Shown here: one piece after another, positions 28,681 through 39,147 of the stretch
How the letters are laid out: each line of letters opens with the position of its first letter
Position numbering within the stretch: position 1 is the stretch's first letter
Source of the DNA: Pseudomonadota bacterium
GTDB taxonomy: Bacteria > Bdellovibrionota_F > JAHFAK01 > JBDREC01
NCBI GenBank assembly: GCA_043820105.1
Contig: JBDREC010000064.1
Span: 1 to 51,270, forward strand
Length of the DNA stretch: 51,270 nt
Reading direction: 5' to 3'
Made by a program: the position numbers and the translations under genes
The notes under the pieces: model-generated
Seen by the model: only the letters and a program-made list of their open reading frames with translations
What the model was told of the DNA's origin: nothing
Databases searched by the model: none

Positions 28681-31302
28681 TTAAACGCTCTCATACTCCG
28701 TCCGAGCTATAATCTCATCCTGTATATGTTTTCCAAGTTCGACCCAATATTGAGTAAAGCCAGCTACTCTTACCATTAAATCTCTATAATCATCTGGATT
28801 TGCTTGGGCATCTTTTAGCATTTTTGAATCAACAATATTATATTGGATGTGAAATCCGCCTTTTCTCATATAGCCCTTGGTAAGTTCGAGCAGTTTTTTT
28901 GCTCCTTGCTGGCCACTGACACCTGATGGGTGAATTTTCATGTTAAGCTGAGAGTTTTGTGAATTTGAATGATCCCAACAGCAAGCTGAAGCAAACAAAG
29001 CATAAGGTCCATTTTTATCAGTTCCTGGATAGGCTGAAACAGAAGCATCAGCATAAGTTGTGCCTTCAAGTCTTCCATCTGGTGTAGCTAGCGTAACAGC
29101 ACCCATTGGTGCATGTGTTGAAACTGAAATTTGGCAGGCATATAATGGTTCATCGTATATAGATTTAAAATCATGGCACATTTCACAATACCATTCTTCC
29201 CAAGCTGCAAAAATAGAATCAACATACTCTTCATCATTTCCATATTTGGGGGCATCTAAACATAGTTTTCGGATTTTTACCCACTTATCAACATTCTCAT
29301 TTGGGACTTGATCAAATATAGAAAAAGAGCCTGTTTCTTTAGCTTTTTTATATCCAAAGTTTTCTTTAATAGCATTCTTTAATTCATCAATTGAGAAGCT
29401 TTTTTCTTCATAAATATTTTTCTTTAAGGAAGCTAAAGAATTAACAAGGTTCACTCCTCCGCAAATCTCAACATTAAATGTTGTATTATATCTTGAGCCT
29501 TTATTACCAATATCCTTTCCTTTTGCCAAGCAGTCTGGCTTTAACATAGAATTTACAAGCGAAGGTGTAATTTTTCTCCATGCATCATGCTGAATATTAT
29601 TGCATAAAGTAAGAACCTTAACGGATTCGGCGAAATATTTTTTAAATATGCTAAAAAGCTCGTCAAAACTTTCAAGTTTTGAATCATGTGCTTTATAAAC
29701 TTGCTGGTCTGTTCTTGAGTCATAACCATTGTGTAAAACTAGTTCCAAAATCTTTGGAAGTGAAATAAAGTGAACACCAACGCTTGTAGCAGGAGCTGCC
29801 CCTCCAGGAATAAGATAAGTTTTTCCATCAAGTTCAAGCTTATGCCAGGTTCCAGGCGATGTTTCTAAACAACCTCCGATAGCCCAGGCTCTTGCTTCTT
29901 CTACAGTTAAGCCTTCATGCCCGTAATTTTTCAATAAAAATTCAATAGCAACTTGATTATTCATCCAGGCAGGATAACCAGTTCCAACTTTATTGCATTC
30001 AATTGCTTTAAGTTTGAAAGCTTCAGGTAGTTTTTCATCATAAAGTAAAGATAAGGTAGGTTGTGGTGTAGCACAGCTTATTCCAGATTCTAGGATAAGA
30101 AGTTCAAGCTCATTGGCAGCTGACCCTCCATTTTTTTTGAGTCCACCAATTGAAAGATTATTGAAAGTATTGCCTGATAAAACACCTCCAACAACTCCCA
30201 TTGAAGCAAAGCAATCAAGCTCTGTATATTTTATTCTCATACATTCAAGCAGTTCTGAAACCTTTTCTTTTGAAATTAAACCTTTTTCCAAATCATTTTT
30301 ATAATACGGGTATAGTACTTGCCCAAGTCTTCCAGGAGATAGTCCTGAAATACAGTCTTCATTTAAAACAGCTAAATGAAAAGTAAAGGTCATTTGAAGA
30401 GCTTGTCTAAAAGTCTGTGGCGGCTTTGCACTGATCCATTCAAGGATTTCAGCTATTTCAATGTATTCATTTTTTTGTTTTTCATCCTTTTCTATTTCAG
30501 AAAGATATCGTGCTTCTTTTGCATAATTTAAAATCCAATTTTGAATTCCTTCAAGCATTGTTTGTGTTGCTTTATAAAAATATAGCCTGTCCATTTCTGG
30601 AGAGCCAGCTACTTCTTTAATTTTATCTTTACAAATATTTATGAGTCCATCAATGCCATATTGAAGAGGGTAGTAATAATCAATTACCTCGCGGCCTTGA
30701 GGTAGTGTATAACCTGAATCAAACATGCAGATAACAGACTTCATAATTGATTCTTTTAAGTCATATTCTGGAACCATTTTTTCATATTTGCAACCAATGT
30801 CTTCAACGGATTTTCCAACCCATTTTTTAGCAAGATCCATTAAAATTGGGAGCTCTTCTTTTCTTAAACCAAATTTCCCAGCTATTGAAACAACAGAGCC
30901 AGCTGACTCAGTGACATTTCCTCCACCTGTTCCAAATTTTGAAACCTTGTCAGCACTTAATTTTCCAGCATTTAAGGATTCTTCATAAAGTTTGTCTGAA
31001 GCTGCCATAAAATAGGAAGCTGAAAGCCACGGCATTGGATATGAGCCTCTCATGTGATTTGTTTTTCCCATTACTAAAAGTTCTTTTGGAAAGATCTTTG
31101 GAGTTAGATGAGAAAAAGCTTCTTTTAAAGCTTCAGCTCTTCTTATTATTGTAATTTCACCTTCTAGCTCATTCCATTTGCGTGTGTACCAATAAGGAAA
31201 TTCCATTGATACTGAGGATTTTGCATTATAGTAAAAATCTCGTAATATTTGAGCTCTTTTAGTAGGTGTTTTGTTAATTTCACGATTAGTAAATTCTATC
31301 AT
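28681..31302 (-). CDS. hpdB: Glycyl radical enzyme, 4-hydroxyphenylacetate decarboxylase large subunit
   Basis: RVAGF glycyl loop, GGCLE thiyl loop, and GREV, ISG, VHF and NVE segments matching the HPAD active-site pattern; adjacent small subunit. Confidence 0.88.
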   Translation of the reverse strand: MIEFTNREINKTPTKRAQILRDFYYNAKSSVSMEFPYWYTRKWNELEGEITIIRRAEALKEAFSHLTPKIFPKELLVMGKTNHMRGSYPMPWLSASYFMAASDKLYEESLNAGKLSADKVSKFGTGGGNVTESAGSVVSIAGKFGLRKEELPILMDLAKKWVGKSVEDIGCKYEKMVPEYDLKESIMKSVICMFDSGYTLPQGREVIDYYYPLQYGIDGLINICKDKIKEVAGSPEMDRLYFYKATQTMLEGIQNWILNYAKEARYLSEIEKDEKQKNEYIEIAEILEWISAKPPQTFRQALQMTFTFHLAVLNEDCISGLSPGRLGQVLYPYYKNDLEKGLISKEKVSELLECMRIKYTELDCFASMGVVGGVLSGNTFNNLSIGGLKKNGGSAANELELLILESGISCATPQPTLSLLYDEKLPEAFKLKAIECNKVGTGYPAWMNNQVAIEFLLKNYGHEGLTVEEARAWAIGGCLETSPGTWHKLELDGKTYLIPGGAAPATSVGVHFISLPKILELVLHNGYDSRTDQQVYKAHDSKLESFDELFSIFKKYFAESVKVLTLCNNIQHDAWRKITPSLVNSMLKPDCLAKGKDIGNKGSRYNTTFNVEICGGVNLVNSLASLKKNIYEEKSFSIDELKNAIKENFGYKKAKETGSFSIFDQVPNENVDKWVKIRKLCLDAPKYGNDEEYVDSIFAAWEEWYCEMCHDFKSIYDEPLYACQISVSTHAPMGAVTLATPDGRLEGTTYADASVSAYPGTDKNGPYALFASACCWDHSNSQNSQLNMKIHPSGVSGQQGAKKLLELTKGYMRKGGFHIQYNIVDSKMLKDAQANPDDYRDLMVRVAGFTQYWVELGKHIQDEIIARTEYESV

Positions 31303-31513
31303 TATTTATATCCATTAGCTTAAAAAAAACATATTCAAGATAGATACAATAAGTTGTCAAGGTAAAATACTGTTATCTTGAGTAAATATGCTTGCATAGA
31401 GTGTACAGTGTGCTGCAACGTAGGTTATGTGAAAATTACTTTTCAGTATCATAATGCTACCTTTTTCTAAGTATATGGTTTTTTAAGTTGTTGAAATCAT
31501 ACGATATAAATTT

Positions 31514-31529
31514 TGGTATAATTCTTGCC
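31514..31529 (+). promoter_or_regulatory. Sigma-54 promoter
   Basis: TGGTATAATTCTTGCC ~40 nt upstream of the ORF at 31568; IHF-like TAAGTTGTTGAAA at 31484-31496. Confidence 0.68.
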
Positions 31530-31567
31530 AATAAACTTATATAATTAAACCTCTCTATGGATTTGAT

Positions 31568-32623
31568 ATGAAAAAATTTGTTTTTCTTTGGTGTTTAAAT
31601 CTTTTTCTTTTTTTAATTGTAATTTTAATCTCCCTAAATTCTTTGTTTGCTCAAGACAATGCACAACTTGAAAACCTTGGATTAAATCTTGAATTTTTAA
31701 ATGAATTTGAAAAACAAAAACTTGATTTTATCTTAAAGAATCATTTGCAAAAAATAAGTTTTTCTGGACCAAATTGTTATAATACAGTCCTAAGAACTGA
31801 TCAGGTTATGCATGAATCAGAGCTTCGTCATGTTGGAAAAGATGAATTCTTGCTTTACTTTACGCTTTTTTATGAAGAAAGAATAGGGCAGCCAGAATTT
31901 GGTGATTTAGTGGTTTATAATAATTCTTCATATAAAGATCATGTGGCGATTTATCTTGGCAATGACTATGTTTTCCATAAAAAAGATGTAAATAAAAATC
32001 ATATTCCCAAGATTGTCAAAATTGACGAAGTTTTTAAACAAGAACCATTTGAGATGAATCCTTTTAATAAAAGCTACTATATGGGAGATGAAAAAAAGGC
32101 TGTTAAAGACTTAGGATTTTATCATTTAAAGCAGGATGTAGCTGAATTTAGTGATTTGATCTATGCCTTAAGTGAACAAGAGATTAAGCAAATTACTTTA
32201 ATTGAATTTTTCAGACAAAATATTCTGCAATATTCAAAAAACTGGAAAATTGGACATGAAATGGGGCAGTTTACTGAGGATTTATTTGAAGAAGTAAAAG
32301 CAGAATTTTACGATCTAGCGCAGAGTGAAAATGTTTTTGCACAAATGGCCTACGCAATGTTCTTAAGCCTTAGAGATCAGGTTTTTGTAAGCATTGAAGA
32401 TGCTCACTATTCGTCTCGCTATGCCCAAGCAAGAGCAAAAGAAATTAGAAGCCAAATATACATACATTTTAATGATTATTTAGCAGCCTTGATAACTGAG
32501 TTATTCGTTTATTATAATAAGCATTTGGATGATGATAAGGCCATGTTTGTTTATGAATATTTATTAAACCTAGATACCACTAAAGACCATGCGCAACTAT
32601 TTAAACTAATTGCTAATATTTAG
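31568..32623 (+). CDS. Exported protein with putative NlpC/P60-like (papain-fold) Cys-His domain
   Basis: Signal peptide; GPNCYN, then PEFGDLVVY and DHVAIYLG. Confidence 0.65.
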   Translation: MKKFVFLWCLNLFLFLIVILISLNSLFAQDNAQLENLGLNLEFLNEFEKQKLDFILKNHLQKISFSGPNCYNTVLRTDQVMHESELRHVGKDEFLLYFTLFYEERIGQPEFGDLVVYNNSSYKDHVAIYLGNDYVFHKKDVNKNHIPKIVKIDEVFKQEPFEMNPFNKSYYMGDEKKAVKDLGFYHLKQDVAEFSDLIYALSEQEIKQITLIEFFRQNILQYSKNWKIGHEMGQFTEDLFEEVKAEFYDLAQSENVFAQMAYAMFLSLRDQVFVSIEDAHYSSRYAQARAKEIRSQIYIHFNDYLAALITELFVYYNKHLDDDKAMFVYEYLLNLDTTKDHAQLFKLIANI

Positions 32624-32711
32624 CAAAACAATTCAAAATAACAATTTAGTTGATCTTATTATAAATTTTTTTTAATCAATAATTTTTTTACGATTCTTAA
32701 TGGAGTTTTTC

Positions 32712-33674
32712 ATGAAAAAAATTATTGTTTTAGCATTACTGCTTATTCTAACTTCTTTTTTTACATCTTGCGAAACTAAGGTGCCAGCCTCAGTTGTTAT
32801 GACAAGTTCAACTTTAGCTTCTTCTACAGTTACTAATGCAATCCCCGGTGCTAAAGGCGTGAAAGCAAGTGCTGGTACTTGCCCAAGTGATAAAGAATGT
32901 CTAACACCAATAAATGTAGAAGGTAAAATATATTATGCAGGAATTATGGTTGGTGATGAATCTGGATATAGTTTAGGTTTACTTGGTCCTATTGAAGGAA
33001 CTGAAGGGCTGACAACTTATGCTGTTTCTACAACTTTCTATGACTTTGATTTTTCAGATCAATTAAAATCTGATTCTGATGGTATTACTTGTTGTGGAGG
33101 TTCTGCTTATCCAGCTGATGATGATGCCTATGTTTCAAGAATTGAAATTACTTTTGGATATTTAGATGCTACTTTTGAAATATCAACAGGAGATATATCA
33201 GGAGCTCACACTGTAAGATTTGTCTATGGCGATGTTGATGCTCTAGGATATAAAAAAGGAGATGTTTTGTATAAGGATAGTGCTGGTTCTTTTAATTGGT
33301 GTGATTCTTCTGTATGCACTCATTCAACGAGACCATCATCTCCAGTTCAAAATGCAGATATTTTAGCTTATTCTGGAACTCCAGATGGAATGGGATCACA
33401 AGTAATTCCTAGTTTTTCAGCAAGCGTAACAAATACAAATTTGCAAATGACTCAAACAGAAGTTTTAGCAAATTCTTGGGATTTTACTATTGATTTTAAT
33501 ATGACAAATGGACTTTCATTTGACCAGGATCCTAGTAATTATCTAACTGTAATTGAAATGTTAAATGGAATTAACTTGGTAGCTGAGCCTGGTTCGACAG
33601 ATGAAGGCTTTTCTGCAAGCATTACAGCAGTCAAGTCAGCACTTGAAGAAGCCAACTACCCAAAAGATTTTTGA
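32712..33674 (+). CDS. Acidic Ser/Thr/Cys-containing lipoprotein, function unknown
   Basis: MKKIIVLALLLILTSFFTSC lipoprotein signal; GGAG RBS at 32702. Confidence 0.8.
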   Translation: MKKIIVLALLLILTSFFTSCETKVPASVVMTSSTLASSTVTNAIPGAKGVKASAGTCPSDKECLTPINVEGKIYYAGIMVGDESGYSLGLLGPIEGTEGLTTYAVSTTFYDFDFSDQLKSDSDGITCCGGSAYPADDDAYVSRIEITFGYLDATFEISTGDISGAHTVRFVYGDVDALGYKKGDVLYKDSAGSFNWCDSSVCTHSTRPSSPVQNADILAYSGTPDGMGSQVIPSFSASVTNTNLQMTQTEVLANSWDFTIDFNMTNGLSFDQDPSNYLTVIEMLNGINLVAEPGSTDEGFSASITAVKSALEEANYPKDF

Positions 33675-34191
33675 ATTTGATTCAACTCTAACAGGAAGCA
33701 TTCTATTGGAACCATCTGATCCAACTGGAATAGGTGGCATGGTTTTTACTTCAGGTGGTGATTTAGTTTATTTAGCAAATGGACTTATGAAGTTAGCAAG
33801 TGGAGCAACAGAAGAAGCTTATTATATTGATGGTCTTGGTGATACTATTTGGATTCAATACGCAGATGCTAATACTGTTCCAACAGATGCTTTTAACACG
33901 GCTGGAGGAACAACTGGCTATTCTTTAGCTATTGATGGATCCGATATTATATATACACTAGGTTCTGTAAATTATACTTATTCTGCTGATAATGGTTATG
34001 AACAACCTACATATACCTATTTAATAAAAATTACTTCAGATGGAACAGTTACATTGCTTGAATCAATTGATGAAGATGGATGTACAATTACAGTAAATGG
34101 TTTTAATTATATGGGTGAGAATGCTTATTATTTAAAGCAAACTTATTGCAGTACAACATCAGTTAATAAATATGAAATTATAAGATACTAA
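33601..34191 (+). pseudogene. Beta-propeller-like extracellular fragment, out of frame with the upstream lipoprotein
   Basis: Overlaps the upstream gene by 74 nt, has no signal peptide, and shares the acidic G/T/Y-rich composition from ~33655 onward. Confidence 0.45.
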
Positions 34192-34210
34192 ACACATCCA
34201 ACCATTAAAA

Positions 34211-34234
34211 TACGTGCACGTGCACGTGCACGTG
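34211..34234. repeat. Palindromic hexamer array TACGTG(CACGTG)x3
   Basis: Read directly; lies between convergent genes. Confidence 0.85.
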
Positions 34235-34265
34235 AAGTTTGGATTAGTTGAAATAGTAATAATTA

Positions 34266-35801
34266 TTATGAGCTAGAATATGCAGTAAAAGTTTCACCAT
34301 TAAATGTACATTCCACTTCAGTCAAAGTTTCTGTTGCTTGAATTTCGCATTCAATTTGACCATCAGCATATAAAATAGAAAATGGGATTGTGTAATCATC
34401 TGTAGCTGATTCCATTGCAGCATCAATTTCATTGATATCAAACTTTAAGCCATATCCACCTTCATTAATAACTACTTGATATGGGCCATCTTCATCAAAA
34501 GATAATAAAAAGATTAAAGCAAGGTTAAGTTCAAGATCAACAGAAACATCCTGAATATCAACTGTAAAACCAAAATTAATATCAAAATCAACTTTTAGAT
34601 CACCATCTGAACTAGGTTTTATTAATTCTAAACTTGATAATAAGTCTTCTGAAAATGGAGTATCTTCCAAATCAAATGAATCAAGCAAGCTTTCATCGCC
34701 TTCATTATCTGTTCTTCCTTTAATATAAAGTTTCCCTGTCAAAGTTTCTGTCATATAATCTTTTGTTGTGCAGGTATCATCATAACAACAGTTTAAGGTC
34801 ATTTCAATTCCACTGTCTCCTGTTGAGCCTTGAAAAATAGCTTCAAAGCCAGTATCGGATTGTGAAGCATTTAAAGATGCTGTTAGTTCCCCATCACCAA
34901 AGAATTGGATTGCTTGACATTCATCAGCTTCATCAACATCTGTAAAAGTATAGCCTGCCATAAAGCTATCAAATGTAAATGTGTTTTGAATTTCAACAGA
35001 AGGTACTGTAGAATCTGAGGTGATTCCAAATTCCCATGATACAGATCCGGCGAAATCAATTGCAATTGCTTCATCCATATCAAATGCTTGAAAATCAACA
35101 CTGCAATCATCACCTTCAAATGATAAAGTGGCAGTAAAACCTTGCAAGAGATATTGAAGTTCATCAAAAAGCAAATCTTCATCTAGGCCTTCAATAGTAG
35201 ATACTATCGCATTCCAGTTTTCTTCTGATCTTAAATTTTCAATATCTAAAATCTCTTGTAAATATGGTGTATTTGCAGTGTCTGCTATTTCAACTGTGAA
35301 ATCGACACAATCAGGAAGTCCGCTTTCTGTAAAAGGATAGCTAGTGCCTTCATCATCATCTCCGTCACCATCTCCATCACCATCGCCATATTCCTGAAAT
35401 TTTAAATTTGGATTTTTAACAGCATTAAAAATTTGATTAACAAACATTGTAAGCGGATTGTCTTTATCTTTTAATGTTTTAAAGAATTCGCGATCTCCGG
35501 TAGTTTCTGCAGAAACAAGACCTTCAACAGAACTAACTATTGATGGAATAGCTCCAACCGTTTGGAAAAGTTCTGAGTTTACATCATTTGATAATAGTTC
35601 AGTAATATCATCACTTGAGGAAAGTTTTCCAGTGTATGTATCAAAATCAGTATCATCAATATTTGATCCATCACCTGTACCAGTTTCTTCTACATCATCT
35701 GAACTGAATCCACCTTCTCCTAGAAGAAAATCACATGAAATAAATGCCAGCATAAATACTAATGCAAAAATTGTTGCTAAAATTTGTTTTGTACTTAACA
35801 T
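34266..35801 (-). CDS. Extremely acidic lipoprotein, function unknown
   Basis: Start moved to the ATG at 35801 (AAGGAG RBS); lipobox FISC; GDGDGDGDDD tract. Confidence 0.8.
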   Translation of the reverse strand: MLSTKQILATIFALVFMLAFISCDFLLGEGGFSSDDVEETGTGDGSNIDDTDFDTYTGKLSSSDDITELLSNDVNSELFQTVGAIPSIVSSVEGLVSAETTGDREFFKTLKDKDNPLTMFVNQIFNAVKNPNLKFQEYGDGDGDGDGDDDEGTSYPFTESGLPDCVDFTVEIADTANTPYLQEILDIENLRSEENWNAIVSTIEGLDEDLLFDELQYLLQGFTATLSFEGDDCSVDFQAFDMDEAIAIDFAGSVSWEFGITSDSTVPSVEIQNTFTFDSFMAGYTFTDVDEADECQAIQFFGDGELTASLNASQSDTGFEAIFQGSTGDSGIEMTLNCCYDDTCTTKDYMTETLTGKLYIKGRTDNEGDESLLDSFDLEDTPFSEDLLSSLELIKPSSDGDLKVDFDINFGFTVDIQDVSVDLELNLALIFLLSFDEDGPYQVVINEGGYGLKFDINEIDAAMESATDDYTIPFSILYADGQIECEIQATETLTEVECTFNGETFTAYSSS

Positions 35802-35947
35802 ATTCAGATACTCCTTACGGTTGTTAAAATTTTGCATATTATAATAATATGATATATAAAATGCAAAGTAAAAAAATCATTGCCTTTCTTTTTCTTCCTT
35901 TCTATAAAAAATCCATATCAAAATTAATGATAAAAAGGATCATTATA

Positions 35948-37297
35948 ATGAATACAACACTTAATAGCTTTGAAAAAGACTTTGCAATCGCAGCTATTGC
36001 TATTGATACGCTTTGGGGTGGCAATTACAAAGACAAAACAGGTGAAGCTCATCTAATTGTTGATGCTTATTGTTCAGGAAAAGAAGAGCCTGATGTTGAG
36101 CCTGAGGATCTAAAAAATCTTTTTTTAAAAGGGGGCGTTACTGTTACTGATCAAAAAGCCATAGAAAAATTTATTTGTGCTAATCAAATATATGAGAGAC
36201 TTGAAAGAGTTAAGGCTTACACCTCAACCCTTGAAAACGAGTTTAGGAGAGATTATTTAAATAATGCATACTCAGTACTTTCAGTAATACTTGAGCTTAG
36301 AAAGCAAGCTGCTTTAATGTCTGACAATGTAAAAGATGTTGATGCTTATAAGATAGCATTAGGTCGTGAACCTAAGTATATTGAACATGAAGATATTAAA
36401 GAAAATCTTATTAAATATTTGGATAAAGCAGGCTTCAAGCTAACTCCAGGCAAGACTTTAAATATGATTTTAGATGAGTTTAATGAAAAAAATATGCTTG
36501 ATGCTGATACAATGGAAGAACTGTGGCCCATTTATAGTGAAGAAATGAATAAACTTACCAAGGAAAGAATTTATCCTTATCTTCCTGCTTGGGTAAATGA
36601 AATACCCCTTGATGCTGTTGATTATGCTATTATGAGAGAAGAGGTTTCCTATTCAGGTTTGAACCTTGCCTTGCATACAATCAAAGATAATGTTCCAATA
36701 TACAATACAATAATAAGGATGAGTGATAAAGTAACTAGAACCAAAACATCTTATAAGCTCGGTTTAGTGGCGCATGAGGGTGCACCTGGTCATGGCCTTC
36801 ATCTGCCACTAACTCATGCCTTATACGCAAGAGGTGCTTTTGGATTTGAAACTACCATGCTTTTTTTAGGTTCACCATTTGCTACAATAGGAGAAGGCAT
36901 TGCAACAACAACGAGTGAATTATTGTTTGGATCTAATTTAAGTGACTATTTAACAAATGAGGAATTAATTGCTACTTATGAAGATTATCTAAATGTTTGT
37001 GGAAGAAATAATGTTGTAATTAGATATCTGGAAGGAGAAAAAAATCCTGAAAACTTAGCTAAATATCTTTATGATGAATATTGCTTCTCAGAATCGAATT
37101 CAAAAAAATATACTGGCTGGCTGTTTCATGAGAAAATGGGCAAGCTTTTGGGCCTTATGTATTTACCTTCATATGGCATAGGTTGCATGGCTGTAAGAAA
37201 TGCCATCAAAAAGCATGGTCGTGAAAAAGTTATCCCAGCAGTCTATGGAATCAATGGGCAGGTGGATATTGTGAATTTTGAGAAAGCCATTTTGTAA
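35948..37297 (+). CDS. DUF885-like zinc metalloprotein or peptidase
   Basis: AHEGAPGHGLH motif with downstream GEGIA and YGIG. Start moved to the ATG at 35948 (AAGGA RBS). Confidence 0.65.
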   Translation: MNTTLNSFEKDFAIAAIAIDTLWGGNYKDKTGEAHLIVDAYCSGKEEPDVEPEDLKNLFLKGGVTVTDQKAIEKFICANQIYERLERVKAYTSTLENEFRRDYLNNAYSVLSVILELRKQAALMSDNVKDVDAYKIALGREPKYIEHEDIKENLIKYLDKAGFKLTPGKTLNMILDEFNEKNMLDADTMEELWPIYSEEMNKLTKERIYPYLPAWVNEIPLDAVDYAIMREEVSYSGLNLALHTIKDNVPIYNTIIRMSDKVTRTKTSYKLGLVAHEGAPGHGLHLPLTHALYARGAFGFETTMLFLGSPFATIGEGIATTTSELLFGSNLSDYLTNEELIATYEDYLNVCGRNNVVIRYLEGEKNPENLAKYLYDEYCFSESNSKKYTGWLFHEKMGKLLGLMYLPSYGIGCMAVRNAIKKHGREKVIPAVYGINGQVDIVNFEKAIL

Positions 37298-37381
37298 ATA
37301 ATTATTAAGTTAAAAAACAGAAAAACAATCTAGATAGGTCCCAATAATAACAGGCGCTTAGGACTTTCATGACTAGATGCA

Positions 37382-37410
37382 TTGACTTTTAGCCCCAAGT
37401 TTACTATAAT
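37382..37410 (+). promoter_or_regulatory. Sigma-70 promoter of the peptide/radical SAM unit
   Basis: TTGACT-N17-TATAAT. Confidence 0.75.
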
Positions 37411-37454
37411 GTATATATATTATTAACATTAATAAGTAATGCAAGGAGAGAAAA

Positions 37455-37619
37455 ATGGGCAATGTAGATAGAGTTCAAGGAAGAAAACCATGTGATTGTA
37501 AAAAGAAAAAATGTGATGACAAAGATGGAAACAGAGAACATCATCAGCAAGGAAATGCACAAGAAAAAAGGGCAAAAATAATGGAAATAAAAAAACAAAA
37601 TGAAGGTTCAAATTTCTAA
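37455..37619 (+). CDS. Putative RiPP precursor peptide, 54 aa (not in the ORF track)
   Basis: AAGGAG RBS at 37443-37448. Translates as MGNVDRVQGRKPCDCKKKKCDDKDGNREHHQQGNAQEKRAKIMEIKKQNEGSNF and ends 58 nt before the maturase. Confidence 0.72.
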   Translation: MGNVDRVQGRKPCDCKKKKCDDKDGNREHHQQGNAQEKRAKIMEIKKQNEGSNF

Positions 37620-37677
37620 GATTAATTGTTAAGACAGAAGAGCTTGCTGACATAAAAATATAGTTTTTCAAGGAAAC

Positions 37678-39147
37678 ATGAGTAATTTTATTAAATTTTT
37701 CCAAACCAAAGAAAAGTATTATTTTTATGAAGCCTATAATGATGAATTATATGAAATCCCTGAAATATTTTATAATGTTTTTCCACATCTATTAAAGAAA
37801 AAGAATTTAAAAGAAATTAAAAACCAATTAAAATCAGTTTATTCAAAGAATGATATTTCCAAAGTTTTGGCCTGTGAACTGGCAAAAGATGAGTATCAAT
37901 ATCTATTATCGGCTCTACCTCCAGTAAAATATAAAAATCCACTTGATGAAAAAAAAACTTACGAAGAATATAAAACAAAGATAGATCAAATTGTGCTTAA
38001 TTTAACTGATAATTGTAATTTTCGTTGTAATTATTGTTTCTTGTCCCATTTAGAAAGAAAATCAAAAGATAATTATGCACCGAAAACAATGACTTTTATT
38101 ATCGCTCAAAAGGCAATTGAATTTTTGAATGAATTTTCCTCTGACTCAGAAACAGTATCAATTTCTTTTTATGGTGGAGAACCATTACTAAAATTTAAAC
38201 TGATTGAGAAAATAGTTAATTACGCACGAAAAAGCTTAATTGATAAGCAGATTCAATTTTTTATGACTACAAACGCTACTTTAATAACAGAAGATAAGTT
38301 GTCATTTCTTAAAAAGAATAAATTTTCAATTTTAATCAGCCTTGACGGCCCAGATAAGATTCATAATAGGCATAGACATAACAGTAGGGGAAGAGGTACA
38401 TTTTCTTCAACTTTAAAAGGGATTAATCTTATTCGCAATAAATTTCCCAAATACTTTAAAGATTATGTAAAGTTTAATACTGTTATAACACCTCCGTACG
38501 CTTTTGATGATATTAACCGCTTTTTTTTTAAAGAATTAAAAATACCAATAACTAAAATATCATATAGTTTTGTTGATGATCACGAAATTGATTTTTTTAA
38601 AAAATTTCCGATTACCAAAGATGATTTGCAGCAATATTATAAATTATATAAAAAATACATTGAAGAGCGTCTATCATCAAATAAAAGACCTTCCCATATA
38701 TCCTCAGAAATATTTTCAAATAGATTTGAAAATGTTGGAAAGTCAGTATGTGAAAATATTTATGAATCAGATTTATATCCCACTGCTCAATGTGTACCGG
38801 GATTAACAAAGCTCTTTATAAGTCCAGATGGAAAATTTCAGATGTGCGAAAGGGTAGATTTAAAAGAATCAATGGGCGATGTGTTTGGTGGATTTGATTT
38901 TGAAACTCTAAAGAAAGTTATGAATGAATATTATGCGGATGCCAAGAAAACATGTTCCAGATGTTGGGCAATGAGACTTTGCAGGTTGTGTATGCAAGAT
39001 GTAATTGAAAATGGAAAATTTAATAAAACAAAAAAAAGGAATGTTTGCAAAAATCATAGAGAGACTTTGCTAAATTCTTTAAAAGATTATTGTTTGATCA
39101 TTGAAAAAAATCCAAATGCTTTTGATTATTTAAAAGATAGTGATTAG
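37678..39147 (+). CDS. Radical SAM/SPASM peptide maturase with N-terminal RRE-like domain
   Basis: CNFRCNYC, FYGGEP, TTNATL, ISLDG; SPASM CVPG...DGKFQMCER...CSRCWAMRLCRLC...C; N-terminal YYFYEAYNDELYEI beta-strand pattern. Confidence 0.9.
   Translation: MSNFIKFFQTKEKYYFYEAYNDELYEIPEIFYNVFPHLLKKKNLKEIKNQLKSVYSKNDISKVLACELAKDEYQYLLSALPPVKYKNPLDEKKTYEEYKTKIDQIVLNLTDNCNFRCNYCFLSHLERKSKDNYAPKTMTFIIAQKAIEFLNEFSSDSETVSISFYGGEPLLKFKLIEKIVNYARKSLIDKQIQFFMTTNATLITEDKLSFLKKNKFSILISLDGPDKIHNRHRHNSRGRGTFSSTLKGINLIRNKFPKYFKDYVKFNTVITPPYAFDDINRFFFKELKIPITKISYSFVDDHEIDFFKKFPITKDDLQQYYKLYKKYIEERLSSNKRPSHISSEIFSNRFENVGKSVCENIYESDLYPTAQCVPGLTKLFISPDGKFQMCERVDLKESMGDVFGGFDFETLKKVMNEYYADAKKTCSRCWAMRLCRLCMQDVIENGKFNKTKKRNVCKNHRETLLNSLKDYCLIIEKNPNAFDYLKDSD

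Noticed and set aside
28567-28779. 70-aa ORF with HVHEHEHEH as a His-rich metal-binding peptide
   Set aside because: The pattern is just the translation of the CACGAG hexamer array, and the ORF is antisense to hpdB.
27358-31302. Pyruvate formate-lyase or choline TMA-lyase
   Set aside because: Single-Cys GGCLE loop plus a dedicated small Fe-S subunit fits HPAD, not PFL (CC) or CutC.
37404-37704. Two minus-strand Phe-rich ORFs (64 and 91 aa)
   Set aside because: Antisense shadows of the A-rich plus-strand peptide gene, which has the promoter and RBS.
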